Notes: generated from the sequence alone by a model not told the origin. Counted from the stretch's first letter, positions 38,908 to 53,611 are shown. The stretch is 64,000 bases of DNA from Octopus vulgaris (GCA_951406725.2 OX597814.1:97030001-97094000), one strand, 5' to 3'. Numbers and translations: made by a program.

Positions 38908-40440
38908 TTAATTATAAAAACTAGACTACTTAAATGGGTGATCCTATGAAATACATTTGACTGTTTAGTCTTCAGTGGTGTCAATAATCATTGGAGATAC
39001 ATTCCAACACAGCAAAATAGATCATAAAACGTGATGGATATAGTTAGAAACAGTGTCTGGTGTGCTGAATAGGTACATAGTTGTGAGAACTGAAATATTG
39101 AAGTCTATTTAAAATTTATATATATATAAATTTAGAAAATATAAATAAATGAAAAAAAAATTTAAATCTAAGAGAATATAAATATTAAAATTGAGACCAT
39201 TTATGAAAACCAATTTAAACTATATACAGACAAACATTTTTTGTTTTGGCTTCAACAATTATGTTGAAATATAAAAACAATAATTTCTCAATATTCAAAT
39301 ATATCAAATCATTTAGATACTGAACTAATAATAGTTATTTTTTGAAATGCATGGACTTATTTAAAAAACAAAAGAAATGGAATTGTACTTGAATCAAATA
39401 TTTCTATGAAGCTATGAAAATGCTGAAAGAGAAACAGTTTAATAATTAAGAAGAATCACTGAAATTATAAGTTCTAGAAAAGAAAAGAAAAAGCATAGTA
39501 AAGCAAACAAATATTTAATGGGATTTATACAAAAGCAGAAACCTAAAAGATATTGATGAAAATAAAAGTAGAAATAAAGCAGCATAAGAGTTAAAGAAAC
39601 AATATGTAATAAGCAAATTAAAAAAGAATAATTATTGAGATTAGATGAAGATTTTAGATACACACACAATACATATATGCACATACAAAACACATTTAAT
39701 TTGAAGTCAACAATTCAATCAATCATTACTTAAAGTTTTATGTTTTTGCTTATTAAACAGCATAAAATATTTAGCAACAACTGTACTTTCATGAAACATT
39801 GGAGCTTTAAGTAAGAACAGATTAAAGTTTCTGCTTCAAATTAAAAGAATGTAAACTATACACCATATATTGAGTACTTTTGTGCTTTCCTTATAAATTC
39901 AAATACATATGCATGTAGATACATATTGCCATCATTGCTTTAATGCCTACTTTTTCAGGCTTGTATGGGTTAGATGAAATTCAGTGAAGTAGATCTAATG
40001 GCAGGAGATGCACTTTTTGCCACTAGTAAAATGGCTGAACATGATTTCACAGAAGATTGCAAACTAACAACACTGCTTGTATGATGGTGATATTCATTTG
40101 CATCCAGAGCACAATCTCAAGATAACAAAACATGAACACACACACACACACACACACACGTGTAGCTGAGAAGTTTGCTTCCCAACCACAAGGTTTTGAG
40201 TTCAGTCCCACTCTGTGACCCCTTGGGCAAATGTCTTCTGTGAGCCCGTTGCTGTTACAAGTGGGTAAAGCTTGGTTGACATCTTTTAGACTTTCATTAG
40301 CTGTTTTAGATGCCACCATAGCCAAGTGCAGACATAGATAGCTCTCAGCTGACCAACTCTTTGACCCAAGAGAGCATTGGTAATATGGCAGCAGAAGGAA
40401 AAGAGGGCTGCAGCACTAGCACTCATTTACAAATGCAGAG

Positions 40441-40479
<39 letters not shown>

Positions 40480-40677
40480 TAATTCCTAAACAAAATGTTG
40501 CTGACAGTAACTTCAAAGTTTTGGCCAGCTGAGCCATCATCAGCTGTAACTTTGAAGTTACTGTCAACAACATTCTTATTTAAGAAGATAAATTTGTACT
40601 CCATAAAAGAATAGAGTAACCCATCAGATTAATGTAAAATTGTCTTTATTATAACTTAACATAAAAACAAACATATA

Positions 40678-40729
<52 letters not shown>

Positions 40730-41007
40730 TTTATGATTGTGAGCTGAGCATCCCAACCACAAGTTCACTCCCATATGTATGCATGCACAGACACACAGAG
40801 AATGGAATAAAGAAATAGAATGGCAATCAGCTGAGATTCCATGAATATCAACAGATATTGATTTAATGCTTATATATGAAGAAATGATCTAGAAAAAGCT
40901 TTTTATTTCCAATGGAAGATGTAGCATATATATAAATTCAATTGTTTCAACTGAGTAAGTAACTATTCCATCACAACAACTTACTCTAGATGAAAAGAGG
41001 AATTTAA

Positions 41008-41226
41008 CCCTTTACTATTTAAACCGGCCATATCCGGCCAAAATATTTAATCTGTTTTATGCTCAAACTGACCAGATCCAGGCTCTCACACCTACCCTAC
41101 AATGTTATTCTACATTAGGTAATTACACCATCAAGATCTTGAAGATATGAGATAATGCATGATTAATTCAAATCAATGTGAATCAATAAGCATTATGTTT
41201 GATAGAATAATCAGAACACTAAAGGG
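41008..41226. mobile_element. piggyBac-type MITE
   Basis: TTAA|CCCTTTA...TAAAGGG|TTAA. A homologous copy lies at 51227-51443. Confidence 0.75.
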
Positions 41227-44200
41227 TTAAGGTGTCTATTTTGGATTTACTTAAATATGTTCATCGAATCAACTTAAATGTTATGTCTCCACTCACTACT
41301 TCAAATTATGCTTTATTGTTTAACATTCTTTCTGTAGAAAGACTCATGGCTTTGAAGAAACTTAAACTGAAGTTTTAGCAACAGTATTTATTACATGGCC
41401 AAAAAGGGCAGCAGTCAGCACATCAGACAAAAGGCTTAGTGACATTTCAATTAGTTTTACATGCTGAGTTTAAATTCTGCCAAGGTCAACCTTGTCATTG
41501 ATCCTTTTGGGGCCAATAAAATAAGTACCTGTCAAGCACTGGGGCCAATGTAATTGACTAGACTCCTCCCCACAAATTTCTGGCCTTGTGTCTACATCAG
41601 AAAGAATTATATGGTCAATTTTTTTTTATTCAGTTATTGTTTTAAACTTCTTAGATCAAAATATGTAAATGGACACAGAAAACAACAAAATAATATACAG
41701 CTGGTGACTTCTTTATCAAGTCAGATTTTAATATTTTTTCTTTCTATTTTGCTTATTTTCTTTCAATTTATCAGCAAAAGTACTGAGTCGGTTGGTTATA
41801 CTATGATGAAATACTTATGTGATCTTATGAAAATTAGGCTGTGTGTTAAGAAGTTTGCTTCCCAGCCACATGGTTTTAGGTTCAGTCTCACTGCATGGCA
41901 CCTTGGGGCAAGTGTCTTCTACTCTAGCTTCAAGCCAACCAAAGCTTTGTGAGTGGATTTGGTAGATAAAATCTGAAAGAGGTATGTCATATATATGTAC
42001 ATATCTATGTGTGTGCCTTTGTGTCTGTGTTTGTCCCTCATTACCAACTGGCAACTGGTGTAGTTATGACCTCATAACTAAGTAGTTGGACAAAAGAGAC
42101 TAATAGAATAGATGCCAGGCTTAAAAATAAAAATAAGTAGTGGAATCGATTTGTTTGACTAAAATCCTTCAAAGCAGTACCCCAGTATGGCCATAGTCTA
42201 ATGACTGAAATCAGTAAAAAATAAAAGAATCATTGCTACCCTAATTTTAAAGGTATTAAATGAAGCAAAAAAAGAAGTTGTTTTGGAGAAAAAATTTATT
42301 AAAAACAAACACACACACATGCATGCACACAAACACAACTTGCTTTTAAAAATGGTGAACACTGATTTTATAAAATCATTTTTTATTACCTTGTCTAGCA
42401 AAACCCAGATTTTTTTTCATAGAGCCCACTTTGAGAAATGCTAAACCAAGCAATGAAATCTATTTTTATTTGTAACCAAATTTAATGTTGAAAGCAAATA
42501 GTAGAGAAGTCATGATAGCCATTTCAAAGACATGCATGCCATTGTTATTACTTTTGTTTTATTGCAACAAAAAATTCCAATATATACATACATCTAGGGC
42601 CTGATTACTAGCACAATTCCACTGCATATATTAAAGGTCAATAGATACAGTGTAACTATATTAATGACTAGGTCATAAACGTAAAACACTTTTGATTTTA
42701 TAGTATTATCACATAACAAAAGTGGTGATAGTGGCAATAGCATCCAAAGCAGTCAGTGCCCATGGTCCTTTATAGGGCCTTTGAGATTGGTGGGAGACTG
42801 AGCCCAAAATGTTTGCAACAGAGTGGACTTCTGCTAAAGGCACTCAAGGTGGTGGTGTTAAACCAGGTAACAGATTAACTCTACAACTCAAGTGATTGTT
42901 CCATAATGTGTTTTAGTTTCATCATGCAACCTCAAATCAACTAACCTGCCAAATAATAACAACTCTGAAAGAAGGTTGAAAACATTTTCTTAAAACAGAG
43001 TGTGCAGATACGCAAAGTAAACACGAAGTGTGCAGTTGGTTCTCAGCTCTAATATGTCACTTTATTTTCAGATTTTATATATATCTATACCAACACACCC
43101 ATGCATATAGTTGGAACATAACTCAACCATAGATGAAAAACATTCGAGTTCGCTAAAGTTAAATTGTGTCACTTGCCAAAAAGCAAAATACTATTTTAGT
43201 GTCTGGCTTTGAAGTTATACCAACTAGCAAATTAAAATGAAATGATAGTAGTCCTATAGTAGTTAGTTTCAAGACTAAGATGTAAATTAGTTGCATCTTT
43301 CATCAAGATTCCTTCCAGAAAAATACTCTGGTAAATTCCAAAAATCACTTTATCAGCTCTTGAAGATAAAGTGCTTCGCAATAAAAAATATAGCTGAAGA
43401 CAAAGTATCCAAGTTTCCTTGAAGACAATGTAATTTATACATAATTTATAACTCAGTCATATGAAAGAAACAGTTATAAACTTTATTACCCAATGTTTGC
43501 AACAGTTCTATACTAAAAGAGTCATTAACCTCACTTAAAATGAAACAAAGTACATAAGTTTTAAAATATGATAAATATACACAACATCTAGCTTTGAGAA
43601 ATAAAAGGAGATTTAAAATGTTTCATTTTTCATTTGAAATGAGCAGTTAAAGAATATAGCAGCATAGAAATAAGTCATGATGGAAGTATTTTATCATAGG
43701 TCATTTCCAAGTTGCCATTAGAAAAGCAGTCCTTTGAGATTATTTTATCAGTTCATCTGGCATAGATGACAAGTAATAAACCTAAACTGTCTAATATGAA
43801 ACTTCATTCTTGTGAATCACAAAGGCAGAGTAAAATGAATAGTTTTTGACTGTTCTACAAAAGAATGATAAATATACTTCAAAAAGTATTTGGGGGAGGA
43901 GCGGAAGTTACTTTATACAATTTGTAGTTCACACATAATATTTTTCACATTCAAATGTCACTTCTTTCCAATTACTACATTTAAAGATAGAAATAAAGAT
44001 TAAAAGAAAAAAAATAGCAAAAGAAGACAGCTCAGTTTAGGCAACAGAATAATATTACTGCCAAGATAGAAACAAACTCAAAATTTGTCATTAGTTAATA
44101 CATATAACATTACGAGAAAGTTTTCAAAGTTTGCAGTATAATTTTAAAATATGCATTGTTTACAAAACTAAACCAGTGTTGAAAGTATATAACTTAATAG

Positions 44201-47200
44201 AACACACTAAACAGTAAGTGCTACTATAATTAGAAATGTTAATGAAAAGATGTTTTAATCCAATAAAACACAAAGATTAAAAAAGGAAAAGCACTTCTTT
44301 GATTGATTATTTTAATTATAAAAGACAGCATGAATAATATGAATTTAATAAATAATATTTTGAAAATAAATAATTTTATGAACTGTCAGGAACAATTTAG
44401 AAGTTCCAGTTAACATGAAATCTTAAAATAAATTTCACTCTGCTCTCAGTGGTCAGTTCTCCTATCACTAAATGTTTCATTGTTATTTACAAACTTGCTT
44501 TAAAATAATAGTCACAATTTAACATTTTGAAGAACATAATGCTGATTACAGAGAGAATGATTTGGCTCTAGCATAGGGACTATAAAATCTAAACTTTTTG
44601 TCTTCCAACCATGTTCTATGGCAATAAGGCACCATATCTTTTTGTAACAATTTGTAGATATTTTCTTGCTGGTAATAGTTGGCACTACACATGCCATTAG
44701 GAAAACTATAGCATAAAACTTTGAAATTATACATCCAACTAAAATGAGCATATAAAAATTAAAATTATACTAAAAAGACACGCACAAATTAGCAAAAAGG
44801 AGTATTGTTGTTAAAGTAGATCTAAACATTAACAACAGTCAGATAGTCTAGGGACTAATAACAAGAGGTTTCAAAAGAATGTACTAAAATGAAAAGGAAA
44901 CTACTGAAATAGATTCTATAATGCATAATTCACATTAGATTAATCTGGGTTATACTGTATTAATATGGTTATATAAAAAAAAAAAAAGAAAAAAAAGCCA
45001 GAACTTCAACATTCAGTTTATTACAGGAGAGGCTATAAATATTAAACTATATTGACAGTTTTTTCTAGTAATCAGTGTTAGTTTACATAATAAGAAACTA
45101 TTATTATTAGATAAGAACAGAATGTCAAGCAATTCTGTATGATGAAGTATAATTAGCAAATAGAACTACCATTAATGTTAGGCAATCAATGTCAGTGAAA
45201 TTAGGCAGATCTCAACTTGAGGCTAGATCAGTAACTGAATTAAAGGCATTTTTAAGACAAACTGGAAATAATAAAAAAAAAACAAAAAAAACAAAACAAT
45301 AATGAACATTCACAACAACAGTAACAACAACAATAGCAATTATAATAGCATAAAGGGAAAGAAAGTGAGAGGCAGAAAGGAAATACGGTTTTGAACTTAT
45401 GCAGAGACATTTTAAGGGGAAAGTTTGCCACAAAATAATATCAAACAGGTGTTGGATTAAGCCAAAGAGAGCAGCAATTCCAACAGATGAAAAAATTTTT
45501 TTTTTTTTACAAATTTGTAGGCTATTTAGATATAAAGAGATAAAATGTTTAACCTGATGAAATGAAATCTAATATTTACCTCATTAGTTAGGTTTTAACA
45601 TTTCATGATAACATGAAATTTAAATATACCTGGAAGTCAATCCAAGGTATCAGTGCTTATAACAACTTAGATCTTCTAATTATCCATTAAGTTTGTTTAT
45701 ATATATATATATTTAAAAAGGCAACAAATTACAGGAGTTTGTGAAAATCTTTTCTTATAAATCATCAAGTAATAGAACTAGAAAATATTCCATATAAACA
45801 ATTCATAAAAACTTAATTTCAAGAGAATAGCAAGGACAGTGAAATAAGATATAAACTTAATCGACTTTAGCAATGACAGCCTAATATTTAATACTGTGAT
45901 TTCTATTTAGCTACAATCTAATGGCATTTGAAGTAACTCCAAAGAAAACATTTGGCTCTAGATCATCACCGAGAAAGAATTTAAATTGGCAGATTTAATT
46001 ACTTGAAATGTAAAGGAATTCATGAACATGTCATAGTCAACCAATATTATCAAAGATAATAACTTAAATGACATTCTTAAAATTGTAAGAAAACTAATGT
46101 ATTAAATAGAACAAGACAAATTCCCACTTGTAAACTTACATTAAAATGAAAGTTAAAGAAATTGACTCTATTCATAGGTTTTGAACAAGCATACTTAAAT
46201 GACTATGTTTTATACAACACTGTTTAAATACTCTATGGGATAATGAAAACTACAAAAAAAAAATTACTCCAAATTTAGTTCTACTCAAGAATGAGTTGTA
46301 TCCTCAATGGAAAAATTGCACTATAACTGTTATTGAATGAAGCATTTAAATTTTTCACAAATATAAATATTGTAATGGGAAAATATGAAAGCTGAAACAA
46401 TTTTCCATGAATAAAGTAGCTAGTTAGAAATGATTAGATGAAAAGTAAATAAACATGCCTAGATATAATGCTTTTACTATTGTAGGAATGAGTAGAAAGA
46501 ATTTGAAACGGAAACTGAATAACAGCCATATATAACAAGAAAATAATGGGGAAGAACTTTTTAAAGTATTTAGCCTAGTGAAGTTTAAATCTTAAAAATG
46601 TCAATAAGAGTTAAATAAAACAGTCCAAATTATTGCAAAAATGTTATTGGTATTACATTTAATTAAATTGGAACAATGTAAAGTTTCTGATGGAACTTAG
46701 AATATAAACCACGAAAATAAACACAATAATACATTTAAGTAGGCCCTATATTTATTGTTGTATTTGGTTTGCAAGATTCTTTATGTAAATTCTTGTGTTG
46801 AAACAAATTTAGTTGTGTCTCGGGAGAATCATTACACGAATAATAATTTAACTGAGTCACTGAAGAGTCATGAACAGTTATGAAAGGACTTTTAACTAAG
46901 AAACAACCAACTGATTGTTTAACCAGCACATTAAATAAATGATCGATTAGTTAGTTGGTTAGACATTTAACTAATTAACAATAAAGAAGTGGAATTGAAC
47001 CTGTGCATATGTTGTTATTATTATTGCTGTAATGACTCTCCTAAAACACAAAAAAAGAGGACTCCATCTCATTTTTCTTATTGTACAAACAATATTTACT
47101 CTAACAAAGCAAGAAGCCATATTATTCTACATTAAAGTACATATTACACAAACAATGATATTTACTTTAACAAAGCAAGAGGCTATTTTTTTTTTTTACA

Positions 47201-49994
47201 TTAAAGTACATATTTAATCAATTCCTTTGAGACACAAAAACCAAAGTCAACAACAGTGAGATTTAAAATCAGAGCAGTGAAATATGTAAGCTGACACTGT
47301 AAAGCATCTTTGTCAAGCTCGCTACAATCTATGCCATCTCCAAATAAAGTGAATAATAACATGTATATTCTAAATGGAAAAGCATCAGAATCTACAAATT
47401 GTAATACATGAAATACAGCACTATAAATAGATTTTAATGCCGATTGTATAAAATGAAAAATTTAGAAACACTCCAACTCCATTAAAATACAGAAAGGATT
47501 TGACTACTCTAAGTAAAAAATTTCAAACAATACTCTTTGCTCAGTAAAACCATGTTTTATATTTCAGCATGAGAATATCTTTTATAAAAATCTACATTGG
47601 ACAAATAAATTATTCATATGAATGTTTTCTTCCAAGTCCAGTGTATACACGAAGTCAATCACATCAAATACCCTTCTTCTCTTGGACCTTCCATCAGAGA
47701 AATGAAAACTAAGAAATAAAACTAGCAATCATATTGCTCACACACACACACACACACAAACATGGAACTGAATATATAAAAAAAATTCAAGAAGCTGCTA
47801 CTATGAAACTGATTTCCTCTTAACCACTAGAATAGCAAGTAGGCCAATACTGAGACAAAGATGGAATTTTTATTGATAATTTACTCAATGAAATAATTAC
47901 TTTTTTTTTTTTTTTATCTCACTGGTAAAATTTATGTAAACTGCTCAAGTACTATTCCATATTATTCTTAATTTACAATTCATCTGAGATTGAGGTAAAT
48001 GAAGAACTAAAGAATACTGTACAACTGATGAGGCAATGGAGATAAACATGAACTAGTGCATACACCCTAGAAATACCAGCAAAAATTGTAGTTATATTGA
48101 CAATTAGATCATTAGAAGTTTATAGAGAACCATGAAACTGTGCCTTTTTTTTTTAAGCATTTAATTCTTGAAATGGTACAAAGTCGACATGGGAGTACTG
48201 CAGATGCAGTCTTGAGAGAGAACAACTCTAAAACCCATATTTTTTTGTCAAACACTTGTCACTTCTTTTAACTTGAGAAGGTTATCTATTATTTTTATGT
48301 ATCAAAAGTAAAGTGTAAGCTATGGAATGAAATCTAAGACTATCTGTCGATAATATTATTCTGCTATAGAAAGCATTGTTAAAGTTTTAATAGAACATTA
48401 TTTTCAAATGAGAGAAAAAGTGCTCATGCCTGGACTCACAGTGCACAAAGTGCAGTAGCTGACCTACTGCACCATAAATTCTAAAAAAATATATATCAGT
48501 AATATCACATTTACAAGCCAATTATCATAAATATAATATAAATATTGTGCATATAAATTGTCTATGATTGTGTCCCACAGCCAGTGTTACTGCATAAACT
48601 GTAATTGTTACATATATATTATTCTACAATAGTCTATGTAACAATGTAGGCTTTTGCAGAAAATATATATATATATGGCTTTAGTTATATATAAAAACAA
48701 AAGGCAGATACAAAAATTTAGTTTTTAAAAAGGTGTCAGTAACTTTGAAGTTTTGCACTCCTCATTTTTGAAAGATATAAAGATTACTAGACTTTTTAAA
48801 TTTAAAATAACACAAACACACACGCACTTTAAATGTACTAGAAAAACACTTGAAACTTTTGTCAACACATTGCTGTTTTACTGATTGGAATGTAATTTAC
48901 CCTTCAACAAAAACAAATAAATATTTATTTGTTGCAGATTACATCTGCTGCTGGACATTTTTTATATATCTTCACTCTGAAATACAGGTTGCTACTGTAA
49001 ATCTGAATTTTGAAAATTACTGAGAATAAATTGCCATTCATATTAGGTCTTCTAAGCAGCAATTTCAGACAAAAACTGATGAGATTCCAACCATGTATAA
49101 TCTATTCTCTTTACTCAGGTAAGTTACTATAGATGTTTTTTTTTTTAACCTTTCCTTCCCATTTAACTGTACAATATAGCAGGGGCAAATAACATTTCTA
49201 ACAAGCTTAATTTAAGAAGAGGAAATAGGAGCCACTTAGTAATAGAATTAGAAACACAGTCACCTGACAAAGGAGAGATATATGGTTTCAATAATGCCTG
49301 TTGCCATTTTTTGTACCTCGAATTGATGCCAATAATATCAGATATCATCTACTTCAAAATCTTAGTAGTTTATAATCTCATCTAGCATTATTACATTTTA
49401 GTATCATTGTTTTTAATGCCTTTAGAGATAATATCATTATGTTTTTAATATGTTTAAGAATGCCACAAACATTACTGTTTTCCATTTCTATATCCTAGCC
49501 TTTGGCATTTATAAGAAATCATTATCCTAAATACATTCTGAATAATTAGAATATTCTGAAACCTCATGAATAATGACAGCAAACTGTAAATCAGGCATCA
49601 AAACAAAGGGAAAGTATGATGTATGTACTTACAACTTATTCCTTAACAAAAACTATTCCAAAACAAATACTGACAGCATCTATGGCAATATATATACACA
49701 CTAACACTCAAATGGGATACAGAGTTTTTTTTTTATTCACAGTTAATTTAGCATATTAACAACAGTTATTAAGCCAAAAGAAAGTAAACAGTCATGGAAG
49801 GGTAAATTTTGAAGCTCAGTTTTGCTTTAATAAATGATATATAGACAAAGGAAGAAAATAAAGATAACGGCATATCTCTGCGTAACTTCAACACCAGAGA
49901 ACTAAAAGATATACATGCTAAGGCAAAATAAAGATGATTAAACAAGGTTAAAAAAGAAAAGGAAAATAGGGAACATAGTGGTTTGTTTTGATAC

Positions 49995-50018
49995 CTGGAA
50001 CGAGTCTTGATGTAAACT
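49995..50018 (-). CDS. DOP1: Candidate 24-nt DOP1 microexon (VYIKTRS)
   Basis: TGCTTTCTCTCTTTCATGCAG|AGTTTACATCAAGACTCGTTCCAG|GTATCA. Phase 2-2, stop-free and compatible with the phase-2 acceptor at 37822. Confidence 0.5.
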
Positions 50019-51226
50019 CTGCATGAAAGAGAGAAAGCATATATATGACAGAAGACAAGAGTAATCTTTACTTGTCAACAATAATGACATCAATTTTGCA
50101 ACCTTTGCAGCAGCTTTTGTTCAAGAAAAAAAAAATCATTAGATTCTAAGGAATGTTCTCTGCTTCGTAAACAACACAACATAACACCTTAATATTTTTC
50201 ACCATATTTTTGATGGAAACTGCAACCATATCAAATCAAGGGTTTGTAAACTGTATTTCGAACATATAAAATGATTCAATAGTCAGATAAAACTAATACC
50301 CATTAGCTTCAATTAGAATAAATTGACAAAATCCAAGAGATCATGTAACTTTAGATGTCAAACCTAATAATTAATATACTTATTATCGATATTGTTATAA
50401 ACGAGTGGAGAATCTCTACCCTACACAATGCTTTCTCAATTTTTCTTCTGCAGTCTCTATCTTTAAACTCAGCTGACTCTATTCTTTCCAGAGTTTCAGT
50501 CAAGTCAAAGTTTTCCTTTAAGTACTTTGAATAACAGTACACTCATGTGAGGGAAAAAAAAAAGGAAAGCTGGGTGGTGATGAAATTGATTAATTAGAAA
50601 GGAGGGAGTTACAAGTGTAGTTGAAAGGAAAACAATTAGTTAACAGAAAACAGCAAAGAAATTTTATCGGAATATAAATGTATAAATGCGTTACAAATCT
50701 AATTAGATGAAAATTATTACAATTGTGATCTCATTTTTTTTTTTTAATTTATCATTTTCAATCATTTTATTGCTTTGTCAAAGGAGGAAGGGCAGTATCC
50801 ATGACTCTTTCCAGGGCTTCTGCGTCAGGTGATTAGAAGGGAGAATGTTTATCCTCAGACTAGAGATCTAACTCAAATGCTTGTAACAAAGTGAAAATAA
50901 CTAAATGCACTCAATAACTACCAGATGGTGATGTTAAACTGGGCAACAGGTTAAGTCTATACCCCAAGATAGGAATAGTCCATCCATCCATTATGCTTCC
51001 ACATAGGATCAGTCTACCAAATCTCACTCACAAGTCTTTGATTAACCCAAGGTTCAGATAGCAGTGTCTTGCCCAAGATGTACAATGGTGTCAAGCCAAA
51101 ACCCAGTGTGGCAAAAGTGAACTCATTAAACAAGGTGCCATGCTGACATCTATATTTTAGAAGTGAATGCATAGACTGAAGAACTCATCACAACTTGAAG
51201 TCAAGTTAATGCCAAAAGTTTCTTAA

Positions 51227-51443
51227 CACTAGCATTTAAACCAACCATATCTGGCCCAAATATTCTCCTTGTTTTACATTCAGATCAGTCAGATCCTATC
51301 TCTCACACTTATGCTACAATGTCCTTCTAAAAATATACAATCATATCCTCAAAATCTTGAAGCTACAAGATAAAACATGGTCATTCAAAACAATGTGAAT
51401 AAACAAGCATTACATTTAACAAAATAATCTAAATGCTAAAGGG
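51227..51443. mobile_element. piggyBac-type MITE (same family as 41008)
   Basis: Colinear similarity to 41008-41226. Ends TAAAGGG|TTA. Confidence 0.7.
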
Positions 51444-52418
51444 TTAGATGTACCTTAGTAGTAAAATATATCCGAGAAATCTGAATATATTTTCTAAAGC
51501 ATAACAAATATTTCCTTTCTATTACATACAAATTTTACTGTTTCACAACTGTTATTCTATGCTAACAAGAATATGAACTGAGGTAGTTTTTTTTTCTCCT
51601 TTAGTATAAGATGTTAATAAAAGGAATGATAATGTACAATATTGGCTATAAATAAAAACTGACAACAAATGTGACAAGCTGCATAATTTAGCTGTACAGG
51701 ATTAGATCATCAATATTAGATATAATTGTTATAAGCTTGTTATTTATAACAGAACAGAGTCTTTTCGAAAAAGTTTGAAAAAAACCCATATAAAATGTAT
51801 TTTCACAAAGTAAACAGCAAGCAATAAAATTGCTTTTAAAATTTATTTTTGTGGTTGTTTTTTCACTGATCATTTGAGGTTTAATAAAAATCCCTAGTAG
51901 TACTCAAATAAATAAATAAAAACAAAATTTATTTTTAAAGATGTAAAGAATGCAACCAGAATCAAGTGATGTCTTGAAAAAGCTGGGTATAAATGTCAAT
52001 AAGGAGGAAAAAAACCAAATAAACGATGGAGGTACATAAACCTGAACTTTTCTCTTATTGGTTACATTTTATGTCCTGTTTCAGCTTTATCAAATAATAC
52101 TGAATTACTTTACAAACCCTTAGTTCTTTTTATTTTTCTCCAGCTCTTCCTTAATTGTAAACTTTTCTATTCAGAACAGTTTCAAATACATCTAAAATAT
52201 TCATGAAGGAGGAATATAGTGGCAAATGTAGGAGGAATAGAAGATTATACAGATCACTTAAAACTGGAGGGAGGGAGGGGAGGAAGAGAGAGAGAGAGGG
52301 CACAATAGTAAAGCTAAAGTTAATATGGTAGGATGCAGTCTGGATTTGGTGTAGGTAAGAGCTAGTAACACTAGACTTTACTTTGCATTCGTAGAAGGTA
52401 GCTCTTACACAAATAAAA

Positions 52419-52618
52419 GTGGGTACTGAAAAGTTCCTGGCTTTAAGGGTATCGCAAAAGGCCTGGTTGGAGGCCCAACCTTCTGAGTTCTTTTACAGGG
52501 TTTAGAAAAACTGGAAGACTGCTGCAGTAAGTGTGTGAATCTGAGAGGGGAATATTAAAATAATTAACTGATCCTCCTGTATTTTCTTTTACCCAAAGCC
52601 AGGAACTTTTCAGCACCC

Positions 52619-52620
<2 letters not shown>
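52419..52620. mobile_element. Mariner-derived MITE
   Basis: TIRs GGGTACTGAAAAGTTCCTGGCTTT / AAAGCCAGGAACTTTTCAGCACCC. Internal mariner C-terminus remnant. Confidence 0.75.
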
Positions 52621-52654
<34 letters not shown>

Positions 52655-53562
52655 CAAAACTCCTCTGAGTAATGAATGCAAATTTTTGAAATGCTTTGCA
52701 GAAAACTGTTGACTATCCAATGACCAACTAAATTTTTTTAAAATAGCAGATACAAAATTCCCTTGACCTAACCAATAAGTGAATTTTCAAAGAATGCAGG
52801 TACACATGACAATTCATTTCTTTGAATTCAGAATTTTAAGAGTAGTAGGAAAATAGGATACAAAAAAAAAAGGAAGTAATTGAGAAACAAAAGAGGCAAA
52901 AATCCAATTTCTCTCACAATTCCTTTTAAGCATACATACAGCAATTGGCAAACAAATGGAGACAGCATAGTGTAAAGAGGACTCTTTGGTTTTCCCAATG
53001 AAAGACTACCTCTCTTATGATTGTACCACAATTAAATTTAGTCAGTACACTGTAAAGTAGCTGAACAGCATCCAGCCTTAGAAACCATATCAAAGTTGAA
53101 GGTGTGAAACATGGTGATTGGTCCTGCTTCAGGGACATGTATTTTACTTCATCCTAGGTTACTTCAACTCTCTCAGAACACTCCCCAGATCTTGCATTCA
53201 TTCTACACTGATGCTGTCAATGCAGAAATCCAATTTTATCTAAACCTCAACTCTCTATATGAACTAATTTCATCCATCACACACATCCCAACTGACACGA
53301 AGACTCCAAACATCATTGATCTCTTTCTCCCCACCAAACCCAGCTTCTACTAGATGAACATCTCTGCATCTATCAGGCCATCCACTCATTGCTTCATCAC
53401 CTATTCTCACCATCTTACACTGATTGACATGGTAGTGTGGACACAGAATTTGCTTTGTTAAAAGGTGGTCTCGGGTTGTATCTTACTGCATGGCACGGTG
53501 GGCAAGACTCTTCTACTCTGTAGATTCAGGCCAACAAATACTTTCAGTGAAATTTGTAGATG

Positions 53563-53605
<43 letters not shown>

Positions 53606-53611
53606 TATATA

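Noticed and set aside
49101-49124. Perfect pyrimidine-CAG|GTAAGT recursive-splice-like site on the plus strand
   Set aside because: Antisense to DOP1 with no plus-strand gene evidence. A single match could be chance.
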